A stretch of 64,000 nucleotides of DNA from Solirubrobacterales bacterium (GCA_038237685.1 JBBRYL010000001.1:38189-102188); one strand, 5' to 3'; positions 27,683 to 36,908 are shown, numbered from the stretch's first letter. A program made the numbers and translations. The notes: generated by a model from the letters alone, not told the origin.

Positions 27683-28831
27683 TCAGGCTTCGAGCCGGCG
27701 CACCCACTCCGCAAAAAAGGGCTCCGCGATCCAGGAGTCGCCCCCGCTGCGCGCCACCAGCTCCTGGCGCTCCAGGGTCTCGAGCGCGCGCTGCACCGAC
27801 GAAGCACCGGGCAGGCTGTGAAAGCGGCGGTAGTTGTTGGTCAGAGGGCGGCCGGGCTCGGCGGCGAGCGCCTGCAGCAGCTGGCGCTGGGCGCCGGCGG
27901 CACGCTCCCAGATGAGTCCGAAGTGCGAGTCCTCCGACGCCAGGACGCGACCCACCGCCTGATCGAGCCGGGCGGTCTCGGCCTCGTCTCCCTCGGGGGT
28001 CTCCTGCCACAGGAAGTACGCCAGCTCCTGCGTGGCGTATGGGTGCCCGCCCGTGACCTCCAGCAGCTGGTCAAGGCATTCCGGGGCAATCGTGCGGCCG
28101 GTGCTCTTGAAGCGGCGCCGGATGAACGGCCGGAACTTCGCCGGATCGATCACCCCCAGCTCGATGCGCTTTGCGCTGCGCCAGAAGGGCTCGTTCTCAT
28201 CGCTGAAGATGCGCTCCATCATGTGCCGCTTGCTGCCCAGGTAGACGTGGGCGACCTCGGGCTGGGCCTGGAACACGGCGCGCATGAGCTTGGGCAGGTC
28301 GCGATCGATGTCGACGATCTCCTGGAACTCGTCGAGCACCAGCGCGACTGGACGCCCGCGCTCGGTGGCCAGCCGCCCGGGCAGCTCGAACAACCGCTCG
28401 AGCGTCGCGTCCATGTCGGCCGGCGCGCGGCTGGCCGAGAACGAGAACGACATCGTGCCGTCGTCGGGATCGACGGTGACCGTCGGGCGCACGCGCAGGC
28501 CCTGGAAGATCCGCATCCGCTCCTTGGCGCGGAACAGCACCGAGGCCACGTCCTCGTAGATGGTCTGAGCCAGTTTCTCGGCCAGCTTCTCCTTGGTGGG
28601 CGTCGTCATCAGGTCGATCTGGGCAACCAGTACGTCATGGCTGCCCACGAGCTCCTGCGCGGCTTTCCACACGAGCGATGACTTGCCGTAGCGGCGCGGG
28701 GCGAAGACCACCACATCCTGGCCGTTGCCGACGTCGGCCACCAGCTCGGCCAGCTCGGCCTCGCGGTTGGTGAAAGAGTCGTCCAGGGCGAGGGCGCCGT
28801 AGCGGAAGGGGTTGGTGCGGGGCCCGGCCAC
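27683..28831 (-). CDS. AAA-type ATPase of the Arch_ATPase (PF01637-like) family with a C-terminal winged helix
   Basis: NPFRYG...FTNREAELAEL...VFAPRRYGKSSL (Walker A), LVLDEFQ (Walker B), and a C-terminal wHTH-like SSVQRALETLERQELVARSGG. GTG start. Confidence 0.8.
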   Translation of the reverse strand: MAGPRTNPFRYGALALDDSFTNREAELAELVADVGNGQDVVVFAPRRYGKSSLVWKAAQELVGSHDVLVAQIDLMTTPTKEKLAEKLAQTIYEDVASVLFRAKERMRIFQGLRVRPTVTVDPDDGTMSFSFSASRAPADMDATLERLFELPGRLATERGRPVALVLDEFQEIVDIDRDLPKLMRAVFQAQPEVAHVYLGSKRHMMERIFSDENEPFWRSAKRIELGVIDPAKFRPFIRRRFKSTGRTIAPECLDQLLEVTGGHPYATQELAYFLWQETPEGDEAETARLDQAVGRVLASEDSHFGLIWERAAGAQRQLLQALAAEPGRPLTNNYRRFHSLPGASSVQRALETLERQELVARSGGDSWIAEPFFAEWVRRLEA

Positions 28832-28843
28832 GGCATTTATTGT

Positions 28844-28872
28844 ACGCAGAGTTGCGTTACGCGTTAGTGCGT
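28844..28872. promoter_or_regulatory. Dual palindromic operator (ACGCA-N4-TGCGT, two copies) abutting a TACAAT -10 box of the ATPase gene
   Basis: ACGCAGAGTTGCGT T ACGCGTTAGTGCGT. On the minus strand, TACAAT (28839-28844) lies 7 nt from the GTG at 28831, a leaderless-type arrangement. Confidence 0.6.
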
Positions 28873-29034
28873 AGTGTCGGCGCGACTGCTGGTGCGGCGG
28901 CCAGGCGGGCGATCACGGCGTACGGATCGGTGCGGATGCCGCACGGATCGGTACTTCGATCGGATGGAAGAGCGGCAGTTGTACCCAGGTGTGCGCACGC
29001 CTCTCCGAGGCCTCGCGCCCCACAGCCTCGCCCC

Positions 29035-29808
29035 CTACAAGCGCGTCAGATTCTCCGAATGAATCCGGCGCTGCTCAACCGAGTCTCGCCCGCGCGGCAG
29101 CTTGACCCGCTCGTCGCCGCGTTCGAGCGCGTCGAGGTAGACCGTGTCCTCCTCGAGGAGGACGCAAGCGCGCTCGCGGTCTGACGGCACGCCATGCCCC
29201 GGCACCACCACGTCGGCTAGCGCCACCAGCTCCGTCAGCGCCGAGAGCGTCGACCGGTACTCGGCCACCGAGCCCCCCGCCGAGATCATCGGGATCTCCA
29301 CGTCGGAGAGGTAGTCGCCCACCACGAGCACGCCCATCCAAGGCGCGAACACGATCATGCCGTCAGCGGTATGCCCACCGGCGTGGTGCAGCTCCATCTC
29401 CTGGTCGCCGAGGTCGAGCCGCCCGGGCACGGGCAGCGACTGGGTCTGGCCAAGCGACAGGGGCTTGGCGCGGGCGACGTATTGCTCAGCATCGGCGGCG
29501 CGCAACGCGCGCTGGGCGCCGCCCGGCTCGGCGCGGATGCGCAACATGGTGGACTCGGCCACGCCCAACGAGAGGTCGGGAAAAGCCATCCGCCCCAGCA
29601 GGTGGTCGTAGTCGCCGTGGGTGGCCAACAGTGCGACGGGCCGAAAGCCCGACTGCTCGAGCACCGTCGGGAGCAGCTCCAGCTCATCCGGGAAGTAGGG
29701 CGAGTCGATCAGCATCGCCTCGTCGCCGGCGCGTAGCGCGATCGCGTTGACCTGCCACAGCAGGCTGGTGACCACGATCGCGCCCTCGTTTACCGAGACC
29801 GCCCTCAT
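29035..29808 (-). CDS. MBL-fold metallo-hydrolase
   Basis: THGDYDH (HxHxDH-type), HHAGGHT and PGHG. Confidence 0.8.
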   Translation of the reverse strand: MRAVSVNEGAIVVTSLLWQVNAIALRAGDEAMLIDSPYFPDELELLPTVLEQSGFRPVALLATHGDYDHLLGRMAFPDLSLGVAESTMLRIRAEPGGAQRALRAADAEQYVARAKPLSLGQTQSLPVPGRLDLGDQEMELHHAGGHTADGMIVFAPWMGVLVVGDYLSDVEIPMISAGGSVAEYRSTLSALTELVALADVVVPGHGVPSDRERACVLLEEDTVYLDALERGDERVKLPRGRDSVEQRRIHSENLTRL

Positions 29809-29853
29809 AGTGCTACGACCGCGGGAGGAGCGGAGCCGAACCGACGTTTCCCC

Positions 29854-30546
29854 CTACGCCGCGTCGAGCAGCTGGCCCGCCTCGCGGAAGGACTTGACCT
29901 CCGCGGTGGGCTTCTTCATGCCCGACTCCAGCTCGTAGCCGTGCCGGTTGACCCAGATCACGGGCACCTTCTGGCGCAGGCACTCGGCGACGTCGGTCGG
30001 GTAGCCACAAGCGATGTGCACCCAGTTCTTCCTGCGCTTCTCGATCCGTCGCGCGCACTCCTTGAAATGGGCGGGATCCGGCTTGTAGCTGCGCACCTGC
30101 TGGGCGGTGACCACCAGGTCGAAGTCGGTGCGGATGTGCCGTCGCGTGGCGCCGAGGAGCTTGTCGTCGATGTTGGAGAGGATCCCGATCTCGTACTTCT
30201 TGGCGAACCGCTCGATCTGCGCGTTGGTCTCGCGGAAGGGCATCCACCGCGGCACGCTGTCGGGTAGAAACTGGGCGCGCGAGGACTCCAGCTGCCACTC
30301 GAGCTCCCCGGCCACCTTCACCGCCGAGCGGCGCAGCACCTCGGCGTAAAGCTCGTAGCTGCCGCTCTGGATCTCGCGCTGGACGTCGATGAAGCGGGGC
30401 ACCAGGACGTCGCGGTCGATCGTGAAGCCGTCGCGGTCGGCCTCCTTCTGGAAGGCCTCATAGACCCCCGTCTCCCAGTCGATCAGGGTTCCGTAACAGT
30501 CGAACGTGACGAACTGGATGTCTTTAGGAAGGGGCATGCGGCGCAT
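29854..30546 (-). CDS. HAD-superfamily hydrolase, haloacid dehalogenase type II-like
   Basis: FDCYGTLID nucleophile motif, SNID, YKPD. ATG at 30546 or 30537. The rest of the 403-aa ORF is antisense to sucC. Confidence 0.8.
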   Translation of the reverse strand: MRRMPLPKDIQFVTFDCYGTLIDWETGVYEAFQKEADRDGFTIDRDVLVPRFIDVQREIQSGSYELYAEVLRRSAVKVAGELEWQLESSRAQFLPDSVPRWMPFRETNAQIERFAKKYEIGILSNIDDKLLGATRRHIRTDFDLVVTAQQVRSYKPDPAHFKECARRIEKRRKNWVHIACGYPTDVAECLRQKVPVIWVNRHGYELESGMKKPTAEVKSFREAGQLLDAA

Positions 30547-30612
30547 GAGTTTACGTGGCGCCGCGCAAAACCGGCATCGCGCGTCACTTCCGGTAGGGTT
30601 CCGCGCCGCTTC

Positions 30613-31752
30613 ATGGACCTCCTCGAGTACCAGGGCAAGCAGCTCTTCGCCAAGCACGGTGTGCCCGTGCCCGAGGGCGCACCCGCAAAGACGGTCGAAG
30701 AGGCGGTCGCCGCCGCGGACGAGCTGGGCTATCCCTGCGTGGTGAAAGCCCAGGTGCACGTGGGCGGCCGCGGCAAGGCTGGCGGCATCAAGGTGGCCAA
30801 CGACCGCCAGGAGGCCGAGGAGCACGCCCGCGGGATCCTCGAGATGGACATCAAGGGCTTCACCGTGCACGAGCTCTACATGGAGCAGGCCTCGGACATC
30901 GATGAGGAGTACTACGCCGCCTTCGTGTTCGACCGCAGCGCCAAGAAGCCGATTGCGATGTTCTCCAAGATGGGCGGCATGGACGTCGAGGCGATCGTCG
31001 ACGAAGACCCCGACGCGATGCGCCACGTCCACATCGATCCGCTGATCGGCTTCCAGGACTTCCACGGCCGGCGGCTGGCCTTCGAGGCCGGCATCGCCGC
31101 CGACGTGATCCGCCCGGTCGGGGCGCTGCTCTCAAAGCTCTACGACGCGTTCGTGAACGAGGACGCCCTGCTGGTCGAGGTCAACCCCCTCCTGGTGACC
31201 AAGGGCCGCGACGTCGTCGCGCTTGACGCCAAGGTCACCGTGGACGACAACGCGCTCTACCGGCACAAGGACACGGCCGAGTTCCGCAGCGAGTCAGACC
31301 AGGACCCGCAGGAGCAGATGGCCCACGAGCGCGGCCTGACCTACGTGAAGCTGGACGGCAACGTCGGCATCCTCGGAAACGGCGCCGGGCTCGTGATGAG
31401 CACGCTGGACGTGGTCGCCCAGGCCGGTGGCGCCCCCGCCAACTTCCTCGACGCCGGCGGTGGCTCGAAGGCCGACGCGATCACGAACGCGGTCGAGGTG
31501 ATCCTCTCCGACGACAAGGTCACCGCCGTGCTGTTCAACATCTTCGGCGGCATCACCCGCTGCGACGAGGTGGCCAGGGGCCTGATCGAGGCGTTCGCCC
31601 AGATCGAGCCGACCGTGCCGTTCGTGGTGCGCCTGGACGGCACCAACGACAAGGAGGGCCGCGCGCTGCTTGCCGAGGCGAACCTGCCGAACGTGCATAC
31701 CGAGTCGACCATGCTCGGCGCCGCTCAGAAAGTCGTGGAGCTCGCGGGCTGA
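30613..31752 (+). CDS. sucC: Succinyl-CoA synthetase beta subunit
   Basis: MDLLEYQGKQLFAKHGVPVP... ATP-grasp N-terminus. Full length. Confidence 0.95.
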   Translation: MDLLEYQGKQLFAKHGVPVPEGAPAKTVEEAVAAADELGYPCVVKAQVHVGGRGKAGGIKVANDRQEAEEHARGILEMDIKGFTVHELYMEQASDIDEEYYAAFVFDRSAKKPIAMFSKMGGMDVEAIVDEDPDAMRHVHIDPLIGFQDFHGRRLAFEAGIAADVIRPVGALLSKLYDAFVNEDALLVEVNPLLVTKGRDVVALDAKVTVDDNALYRHKDTAEFRSESDQDPQEQMAHERGLTYVKLDGNVGILGNGAGLVMSTLDVVAQAGGAPANFLDAGGGSKADAITNAVEVILSDDKVTAVLFNIFGGITRCDEVARGLIEAFAQIEPTVPFVVRLDGTNDKEGRALLAEANLPNVHTESTMLGAAQKVVELAG

Positions 31753-32624
31753 TGGCCATTCTCGTCGACACCGAGACGAAGCTGTGCGTCGCGGGCATCA
31801 CCGGCCGCGAGGGCACCTTCCACGCGCTGAACAACCGCAGCTACGGCACCCAGGTGGTCTCGGGCGTCACACCCGGCAAGGGCGGCCAGGACGTCGAGGG
31901 CATTCCAGTATTCGACACCTTCCATGCGGCGGTCGAAGAGACCGGCGCCAACACCGCGATGGTGTTCGTGCCCCCGCGGTTCGCCGCCGATTCGATCCTC
32001 GAGGCCGAGGATGCCGGCATCGATCTGATCATCGCCATCACCGAGGGCGTCCCCGCCCACGACGAGATGACGGTCTACAACCACCTGGCGCGCGGCAGCT
32101 CGCGGCTGGTGGGGCCCAACTGCCCCGGCATCCTGTCGCCCGGCAAGGCAAGCGTGGGCATCATTCCCGCCTCCTTCTTCAAGGAGGGCAACGTCGGCGT
32201 GGTGTCGCGCTCGGGCACGCTGACCTACCAGATCGGCAACGAGCTGGCCCAGCGCGGTTTCGGCAACTCCTCGATCGTGGGAATCGGGGGCGACCCCGTG
32301 CCGGGCTCCAGCTTCATCGACATCATCGAGCTGTTCGAGGCCGACCCCCAGACCGAGCTGATCGTGCTTTCGGGCGAGATCGGCGGCGACGCCGAGGAGC
32401 AGGCGGCCGACTACATCTTCGAGCACGTGAAAAAGCCGGTCGTTGCCTATATCGCCGGGTTCACCGCTCCCCCCGGCAAGACGATGGGCCATGCCGGCGC
32501 CATCGTCTCGGGCTCCGCGGGCACCGCGGCCGCAAAGGCCGACGCGCTCGAGTCCCGTGGAGTGAAGGTCGGACGCACCCCCACCGCGGTGGCCGACATC
32601 GCGGTCGAGATCCTCGGCGGCTAG
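31752..32624 (+). CDS. sucD: Succinyl-CoA synthetase alpha subunit
   Basis: The ATG overlaps the sucC stop. GITGREG, MGHAGAIV (catalytic His). Confidence 0.95.
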   Translation: MAILVDTETKLCVAGITGREGTFHALNNRSYGTQVVSGVTPGKGGQDVEGIPVFDTFHAAVEETGANTAMVFVPPRFAADSILEAEDAGIDLIIAITEGVPAHDEMTVYNHLARGSSRLVGPNCPGILSPGKASVGIIPASFFKEGNVGVVSRSGTLTYQIGNELAQRGFGNSSIVGIGGDPVPGSSFIDIIELFEADPQTELIVLSGEIGGDAEEQAADYIFEHVKKPVVAYIAGFTAPPGKTMGHAGAIVSGSAGTAAAKADALESRGVKVGRTPTAVADIAVEILGG

Positions 32625-32636
32625 CGGGAGCCGACA

Positions 32637-32659
32637 GGGAGGACGCCGCATGTCCTCCC
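32637..32659 (+). terminator. Stem-loop, candidate terminator after sucD
   Basis: GGGAGGAC-GCCGCAT-GTCCTCCC (8-bp stem) 13 nt after the sucD stop. No U-tract. Confidence 0.45.
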
Positions 32660-32750
32660 CCGAAGGCTTCGACGAGCCGCCGCGTCATTCGGCGCGCAAG
32701 CTCGAAGCGCGCCGGGCGACGGGAGTCGCTTGCCGTCCTGCTGGCGACGA

Positions 32751-33545
32751 TCAGTTCTGGCCGGCGACCCTGAGCGAGGCCAGCGGCACGCGCAGGACGC
32801 TCTGGCCGCTGTGGTTGCGATTGCCGTCAGCCGGCTCGCGTGAGATGTCGAGGTAGCGATAGCGCCTGTATCCGCGCGGCAGCGGCATGTCGACCTTGAA
32901 GTTGCCCTTGAGTGACCCGGTGAGCGACCGGGCGTCGCTGACCGAGTCATAGAGCCAGATCACGTACCCACCGGCAGATGGGGTCGGCAACCCTCGCACC
33001 GACAGCTTGAGACTCACCACGCCGCCCTGGTTCACAAGCCGCGCCGCGCCGCGTGCCGGGCCTCCGGCGAGCGGCTTCAGTGTCGCAGCCGGCGCTCGGG
33101 CCGGTGGCGCCGGGGCAGCGGCGTCCCCGGTGGGCGCGGAGTCGCCGCGGTGGCGCAGCGAGACAACCAGGGCCGCTGTCACGGCCAGCAGCGCGGCACC
33201 GATGAGCAGGGGTCGGAGCATCCGGCGCCGCGGTTGGCGCTCGGGCTCGGGGGCCGGCTCTCCTACCGCGTCGGGCACCCGCTCGCGCTCCGCCACCATC
33301 GGCGCGGCTTCGTCCCCGCGCAGGTGCGCCACGACCCGTCGGCGCCCAGCCTCGGACCCGTCGCCGGACGCGGTTGCCACGGCGTGCAGCGCCGCTTCAC
33401 GTCGTTCACGCACGAGCCCCGGATCGATGCCGAGGTAGCCCGCGATCTCCTCGTCGCTCACGCCGCGCACCATCGACAACTCGATCAGGGCACGTTGCTC
33501 GTCCCCCAGCTGGCGCATCGCACCCTCGACCCCGTCGCCGGTCAC
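32751..33545 (-). CDS. Anti-sigma-factor-like membrane protein (sigma region-4-like HTH, TM, RskA-like C-terminal domain)
   Basis: N-terminal LGDEQRALIELSMVRGVSDEEIAGYLG, a central TM (LLIGAALLAVTAALVV), and a C-terminus resembling anti-sigma-K RskA. Confidence 0.65.
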   Translation of the reverse strand: MTGDGVEGAMRQLGDEQRALIELSMVRGVSDEEIAGYLGIDPGLVRERREAALHAVATASGDGSEAGRRRVVAHLRGDEAAPMVAERERVPDAVGEPAPEPERQPRRRMLRPLLIGAALLAVTAALVVSLRHRGDSAPTGDAAAPAPPARAPAATLKPLAGGPARGAARLVNQGGVVSLKLSVRGLPTPSAGGYVIWLYDSVSDARSLTGSLKGNFKVDMPLPRGYRRYRYLDISREPADGNRNHSGQSVLRVPLASLRVAGQN

Positions 33546-33563
33546 GGGCTAATCTTCTCCCGT

Positions 33564-34367
33564 ATGCGCTCGAGCACACGAGTTTCACGGCCCGCAGGCT
33601 TCGTCGTCACCGGCGCGATCCTACTTTCGTTGGTCGGCGCGAGCGACGCTACCGCTTCCACGCGCATCCGCTTCCTGCATGCCGTACCAGGCGGTCCGGG
33701 CGCGAATCTCACCGTGGCGGGCGCCAAGGGCTCCAGGGCTGACATCAAGAACGTGACCTTTGGCCACGCGTCCGGCTACGCGACGGGACCCCACGGCAAG
33801 GTGTCGCTGACCCTGAGCGCCGGCGGCAAGAAGCTCGCGAGCGCGCCCGCGACCCTCGTCGACAAACACCACTACACGGTCGTCGCCGAGAAGGACAAGA
33901 GCGGCATCGACTTCAAGGTCTACCGCGCGGGCAAGGCCGTGCCCGGCAAGGCGCGGCTGCGCGCCGTGCACGCCGCTCCCGAGCTCGGCAAAGTCGACAT
34001 GACCGTCGGCTCCAAGAAGTGGGGCACGATCGGCTTCGGCCAGACCACCGGCTACGAGCGAACGACCCCGGGCACCTTCGACGTCGCCGCGCGCATGCCC
34101 GCCAAGCAGTCCGTGCTCGTGCAGGCAAAGGGCGTGAACCTCGCCGCCGGCACCGCTTCCACCGCATACGCCATAGGCAGCTCCGGTGAGCGCACCCGGA
34201 TTGTCCTGGTACAGGACTCCGTGGCCGCGCCGAAAGGGGCGCCCGAGACCGGACTGGGTGGGATGTCACAACCCGCCGGCGGGACGCCCTGGCTCGCCGC
34301 GCTGATCGCGGCGCTTGCGGCCGGAACCCTCGGCGGGGTTGCCTACTCGCGTCGTGGCCACGCCTGA
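33564..34367 (+). CDS. Secreted DUF4397-like protein with a C-terminal sortase-type sorting signal
   Basis: Signal peptide. Two repeats of the IRFLHAVPG / LRAVHAAPE type. The C-terminus reads APETG + 13 aa + hydrophobic helix + SRRGHA. Confidence 0.7.
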   Translation: MRSSTRVSRPAGFVVTGAILLSLVGASDATASTRIRFLHAVPGGPGANLTVAGAKGSRADIKNVTFGHASGYATGPHGKVSLTLSAGGKKLASAPATLVDKHHYTVVAEKDKSGIDFKVYRAGKAVPGKARLRAVHAAPELGKVDMTVGSKKWGTIGFGQTTGYERTTPGTFDVAARMPAKQSVLVQAKGVNLAAGTASTAYAIGSSGERTRIVLVQDSVAAPKGAPETGLGGMSQPAGGTPWLAALIAALAAGTLGGVAYSRRGHA

Positions 34368-35052
34368 GCGGCCCGCGCGCAGCCGGCGCGGGCTGATCGT
34401 CGCGGTGCTGGTCCCGGCTCTCGTAGCCGGGGTCGCGGTGAGCTTCCTGGGCGGCCGCCATGGTCGACCCGACGGTCCGTCGGGATCGGCCGCCGCACTG
34501 GCTCGCAGAGCCGACAGCACGCGCGATCTCGGCGACAGCGCGAGCCGCTCACTTCAAGGAGCCTCGACCCGCGACCGTTCCAGCGGGGCCGCCTTGAACG
34601 ACGGAGGGCCCCGGCCGGGCGTGCCTGTGCACATCTCGATTCCCAGCGCCGATGTGAACACGGCCGTGAAGGCGGTGGGCAGCGACGGCGGAGCGATCGC
34701 GGTTCCTGCCATCGGTTTGGCGGGCTGGTGGAAAGGCGGGCCGCGACCGGGCGAACGCGGTCGGGCGGTGATCATCGGACACCTCGACACCGCCCGCGGG
34801 CCGGGCCTGTTCGCAAAGGTGCCCGGCCTGAAGCGCCACACGCTCGTGGACGTGACCGACAAGCGGGGCGCCAAGCACCGCTACCGCGTGGTGGGCCGTG
34901 TTCAGGTGCGCAAGGACCGCTTTCCAACCGAGGAGGTCTATGGCGGCGGAGACGCTCCCGTGCTCGTGCTGGTGACCTGCGGCGGCCCGTACGTGCAGGG
35001 CAAGGGCTACCGCGACAACGTCCTGATCTACGCGCGGGCCGCCACGACCTAG
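34354..35052 (+). CDS. Sortase (class E/F-like)
   Basis: TM anchor, catalytic His (IIGHLDT), LVTCGG cysteine motif and a downstream Arg. GTG 34354 overlaps the upstream stop; TTG 34315 is an alternative. Confidence 0.75.
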   Translation: MATPERPARSRRGLIVAVLVPALVAGVAVSFLGGRHGRPDGPSGSAAALARRADSTRDLGDSASRSLQGASTRDRSSGAALNDGGPRPGVPVHISIPSADVNTAVKAVGSDGGAIAVPAIGLAGWWKGGPRPGERGRAVIIGHLDTARGPGLFAKVPGLKRHTLVDVTDKRGAKHRYRVVGRVQVRKDRFPTEEVYGGGDAPVLVLVTCGGPYVQGKGYRDNVLIYARAATT

Positions 35053-35096
35053 GACGAGGTGCCGCTGAAGATCCTACCCCCGTTATCTTCGGGGGC

Positions 35097-36185
35097 GTGA
35101 CCCCACCGGACAGCATCACCCTCACCCGCGGCGCGCCGTCGCTTGACATCATCGCCGTCGATGACCTGCGCGCCGCCGCCGGGAACGCGTTCTCAAAGGA
35201 TCCCGCGGGCACGTTCGCCTACGGCACCTCCGCGGGCTACAAGCCGCTGGTCGAGTGGATCGCCAAGCGCCAGGACCTGGCGCCCGAGCAGGTGATCGCC
35301 ACCAACGGCTCGATGCAGGCCGACGCGTTTCTGTTCCAGTCGCGGGTGTCTCAGGGCGACGTGGTGGTGGTCGAAGCCCCGACGTATGACCGCACGCTGC
35401 TCTCCCTTCGCCAGCTTGGCGCGGAGATCCTCGCGATCCCGCTCGAGGACGACGGGATCGACGTCGATGCGCTCGAGAACGCGCTCGAGGCCGGCGCCCG
35501 GCCCAAGCTCGTCCACATCATCCCCAACTTCCACAACCCCGCCGGCTGCACGCTGTCGCAGGCAAAGCGCGAGCGGCTGGTGGCACTGGCCGAGCAGTAC
35601 GACTTCATCCTGTTCGAGGACGATCCCTACGTCGAGCTGCGCTTCGCGGGTGAGTCGCTGCCCACGATGCTCTCAATGGACCGCAGCGACCACGTGGTCT
35701 ATGCGTCCTCGTTCTCGAAGACCGTGTGCCCCGGGATCCGGGTCGGATACCTCGCGGGCCCGACCGAGCTGATCGGTGGCATCCGGCGCGTCGCCACCAG
35801 CACCTACATCTCGCCGAACATGGTGGCCCAGTCGATCGTGGCCGAGTTCTGCACCTCGGGCGCCATCGACCGGTCGATCGAGACGGTCAAGAACGCGCTG
35901 CGCGAGCGTCGCGACGTGCTGTGCGCCGCGCTCGAGCGCGATCTGCCGGACGCCCGCTTCGTAGTGCCCCAGGGCGGCTACTTCCTGTGGGTCGACATGC
36001 CGGAGGGCACCGACGTGGCGGCCATGGGCGAGATCGCCAAGGAGAAGGGCGTGGCCTTCGTCAAGGGCACCGACTTCCTGCTCGAGGGTGGCGAGAACTC
36101 GTTCCGGATCGCCTACTCGGGCGTGCCGGCGGACCAGATCGACGAGGCCGTGGCCCGGCTGGCCGGGGCGTACTCCGAGCTCTAG
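35097..36185 (+). CDS. PLP-dependent aminotransferase, class I/II
   Basis: NPAG, YASSFSKTVCPGIRVGY (PLP lysine). GTG at 35097 is the first in-frame start. Confidence 0.85.
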   Translation: MTPPDSITLTRGAPSLDIIAVDDLRAAAGNAFSKDPAGTFAYGTSAGYKPLVEWIAKRQDLAPEQVIATNGSMQADAFLFQSRVSQGDVVVVEAPTYDRTLLSLRQLGAEILAIPLEDDGIDVDALENALEAGARPKLVHIIPNFHNPAGCTLSQAKRERLVALAEQYDFILFEDDPYVELRFAGESLPTMLSMDRSDHVVYASSFSKTVCPGIRVGYLAGPTELIGGIRRVATSTYISPNMVAQSIVAEFCTSGAIDRSIETVKNALRERRDVLCAALERDLPDARFVVPQGGYFLWVDMPEGTDVAAMGEIAKEKGVAFVKGTDFLLEGGENSFRIAYSGVPADQIDEAVARLAGAYSEL

Positions 36186-36194
36186 GGGGAGGAG

Positions 36195-36908
36195 CTAACG
36201 GCCCCAGTGCTCTTTTGCGAGCACGAGGTGCTCGGGCAACGCCACGCGCTTGGGCGGTGACGGGTCGGCCACCACGCTGACGGTCTCGGCGACGCTGCGC
36301 GTGACCGAGTAGCGGTTGCCCGCCGCTTCGAACGACACCTCGTCGTCGCCGCTAACGGCCAGCTCGCCCTGGAGGCCCGGCCGCAGGCCGGCGTCCATCA
36401 GATAGTGCAGGAGATCCTCGGCCTCGTTCTCGAAGCGCAGGATGGTGAGCTTGGCTCCCGGCTCGACATCGGCCAGCGGCACGCCCTGCTCGCGTTGCTC
36501 GGTGAAGATCGGATGGCCGTGGGGGCAGGTGGTGGCGTCGCCGATGGCCCTGAGCATGCGCTCCTCGACGGTGGGCGACATCCAGTGCTCGAGCCGCTCG
36601 GCCTCCTCGTGCACCTGATCCCAGGGAATGTCGAAGACGTCGGTTAAGAAGCGCTCGATCAGACGGTGGCGACGCACGATGCCCTCGGCGTGGTCCTTGC
36701 CGATCTCCGTGAACGCCAGCGCCTTGTCCGAGCCGCGCGTAACGTAGCCGTCCTTCTCCAGCCGGCCGATCATCTCGTGCACGGTGGGCGCCGAGACCTG
36801 CATGGCGCGGGCGACGTTGGCGCCGGTCATCGGCAGGCCCGCCTCCTCCAGCCAGAAGATGGTTTGCAGATACTCCTCTTCGGCGACCGTCGCCTGATCC
36901 TCACTCAT
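36195..36908 (-). CDS. DtxR/IdeR/MntR-family metal-dependent regulator with a FeoA/SH3-like domain
   Basis: N-terminal wHTH (EEYLQTIFWLEE...VSAPTVHEMIGRLEKDGYV), metal-site residues (RRHRLIERFL, HEEAERLEH) and a C-terminal SH3-like domain. Confidence 0.85.
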   Translation of the reverse strand: MSEDQATVAEEEYLQTIFWLEEAGLPMTGANVARAMQVSAPTVHEMIGRLEKDGYVTRGSDKALAFTEIGKDHAEGIVRRHRLIERFLTDVFDIPWDQVHEEAERLEHWMSPTVEERMLRAIGDATTCPHGHPIFTEQREQGVPLADVEPGAKLTILRFENEAEDLLHYLMDAGLRPGLQGELAVSGDDEVSFEAAGNRYSVTRSVAETVSVVADPSPPKRVALPEHLVLAKEHWGR

